Assembly (NCBI GenBank): GCA_963825505.1
Contig: CAWGTL010000014.1
Coordinates: 209,944 to 273,943 of the forward strand
Source: an uncultured Actinomycetota bacterium
GTDB taxonomy: Bacteria; Actinomycetota; Actinomycetes; Actinomycetales; CAWJMD01
DNA: 64,000 nt
Direction of reading: 5' to 3'
Both the position numbers and the translations under genes were made by a program. Each line of letters starts with the position of its first letter. The stretch's first letter is position 1. Below the pieces are notes generated by a model that was not told where the DNA came from, ran no database searches, and saw only the letters and a list, made by a program, of their open reading frames with translations. Below are positions 62,822 through 64,000 of the stretch, in pieces.

Positions 62822-64000
62822 CCGGGTTCTGGGACGACGAGCCGGAGCCGCTGGACGACGAGCGCGTGCCCGCCGCCGACGACGCCGTCGAGCCGCGCCG
62901 TGGCCGGGTGGCCGGACGCCGCGGCGTGCAGCGGGCGGGCGAGCTGCTCGGTGCCGCGGCCGCTGCCGGCGGTGCCGCGGTCGCCGGCGGGCTCGCCCGG
63001 TTCCGCAGCCTGTCCGGCGTGGTGCGGGCCGTGGCCGTCGTCACCGTGCTGGCCCTGGTCGCCGCCCTGGTCGTGCTCTGGCCCGGTCCGGACCGCCAGC
63101 ACGTCACCGCCCACTTCACCCGCGCGGTCGGCCTCTACCCGGGCTCGGAGGTGCGCATCCTCGGCATCCCGGTCGGCGTCGTCACCGAGGTCGTCCCGGA
63201 GGGCGAGACGGTTCGGGTCGAGCTGGAGTACGACGGGGAGTACGACGTCCCGGCCGACGCGCAGGCGGCCGTGATCTCGCCGTCGGTCGTGAGCGACCGG
63301 TTCGTGCAGCTGCTGCCGGTGTACACCGGTGGGCCGACCCTGGCGGAGGGCGCCGTGATCCCGGTCGAGCGCACCGCCGTCCCGGTCGAGCTCGACCGCA
63401 TCTTCGCCAGCCTCGACGAGCTGTCGGTGGCCCTCGGCCCCGAGGGCGCCAACTCCGACGGCGCGCTCAGCCGCGTGCTCGCCACCGGGGCCGACAACCT
63501 CGACGGCAACGGCGAGGCGCTCGGCGCGACGATCGAGGACCTCGGCGCCGCCCTCGACACCGTGGCCACGCCCGACGACGACCTGTTCGAGACGGTGCGC
63601 AACCTGCAGACCTTCACCTCCACGCTGGCCGAGAACGACCAGGCCGTCACCGACCTCAACACCAACCTCGCCACGGTCTCCGACCAGCTCGCCGGCGAGC
63701 GGGACGACCTCGCGCTCGCACTGCAGAACCTGGCGATCGCCCTGACCGAGGTCTCGACCTTCGTCCAGGAGAACCGCGACGTGCTCACCGAGGACGTCGC
63801 GCAGCTGGAGTCGGTCACCGCGAGCGTCGCCTCGCAGCAGGAGGCCCTCGCCGAGACGCTGGTGGCCGCGCCCACCGCCCTGTCGAACCTCGGCAACGCC
63901 TACAACCCGCGGTCCGGGACGCTCGACACCCGCGACAACTTCGGCCCGATCGAGGCCGACCCGCTCGCGTTCATCTGCTCGCTCGTCAACGGCTCGCTGG
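62818..64000 (+). CDS. mceD: MCE-family protein MceD, runs off the window
   Basis: GTGA overlaps the mceC stop. In my own translation, VTGFWDDEPEPLDDE... is followed by a TM segment (AVAVVTVLALVAALVVLW) and ...VTAHFTRAVGLYPGSEVRILGIPVGVVTEVVP...ISPSVVSDRFVQLLP.... It is missing from the ORF track because there is no stop inside the window. Confidence 0.8.
   Translation, partial: MTGFWDDEPEPLDDERVPAADDAVEPRRGRVAGRRGVQRAGELLGAAAAAGGAAVAGGLARFRSLSGVVRAVAVVTVLALVAALVVLWPGPDRQHVTAHFTRAVGLYPGSEVRILGIPVGVVTEVVPEGETVRVELEYDGEYDVPADAQAAVISPSVVSDRFVQLLPVYTGGPTLAEGAVIPVERTAVPVELDRIFASLDELSVALGPEGANSDGALSRVLATGADNLDGNGEALGATIEDLGAALDTVATPDDDLFETVRNLQTFTSTLAENDQAVTDLNTNLATVSDQLAGERDDLALALQNLAIALTEVSTFVQENRDVLTEDVAQLESVTASVASQQEALAETLVAAPTALSNLGNAYNPRSGTLDTRDNFGPIEADPLAFICSLVNGSL

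Overview
This is a 64-kb window of very high-GC, gene-dense actinobacterial chromosome. The gene order looks Nocardioides- or Mycobacterium-like, but I cannot assign a species from the sequence alone.

The backbone is the conserved actinobacterial block: tRNA-Tyr, tRNA-Thr, tRNA-Met, rpmG, a MaoC dehydratase pair (hadA/hadB-like), tRNA-Trp, secE, nusG, rplK, rplA, rplJ, rplL, then mceG(mkl)-yrbEAB-mceABCD. Accessory gene blocks interrupt it.

The first 14 kb holds a partial korA, a vapBC module, ppk2, an arylamine N-acetyltransferase, and an incomplete complex-I-like operon. That operon reads nuoA-B-C-H-I-J-(K fused to L)-M(frameshifted)-N, with no nuoD, E, F or G. Elsewhere the window carries:
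- a sulfur and siroheme block (sirA-cysH-cysG, with cbiX further on);
- an ECF41 sigma factor with a carboxymuconolactone decarboxylase (CMD) partner gene;
- two ABC-2 exporter modules, one with a histidine kinase and NarL-type regulator and one with a WYL regulator;
- toxin-antitoxin modules;
- a small accessory islet.

The most interesting observation is a 66-nt interspersed element present three times. Each copy sits exactly at a stop/start junction inside an operon (nuoB|nuoC, nuoL|nuoM, mceG|yrbEA). Each is a 21-codon mini-ORF (consensus MSERSER[V/T]I...AR[H/N/Y]EP) whose RTG start overlaps the upstream stop (RTGA) and whose stop overlaps the downstream GTG start (GTGA). This is a MIRU-like intercistronic cassette that preserves translational coupling.

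Other points worth a second look:
- a 45/46-bp tandem array abutting the nuoA start, in which each unit carries a decoy Shine-Dalgarno (SD)-GTG-2 codons-TAG;
- the nuoK-nuoL in-frame fusion;
- a charged insertion in NuoL;
- one-base frame disruptions in nuoM and in a lacI/MFS gene pair whose operators are still intact;
- a decayed vapC beside an intact antitoxin.

All calls rest on my reading of the translations and the DNA. No database search was run.
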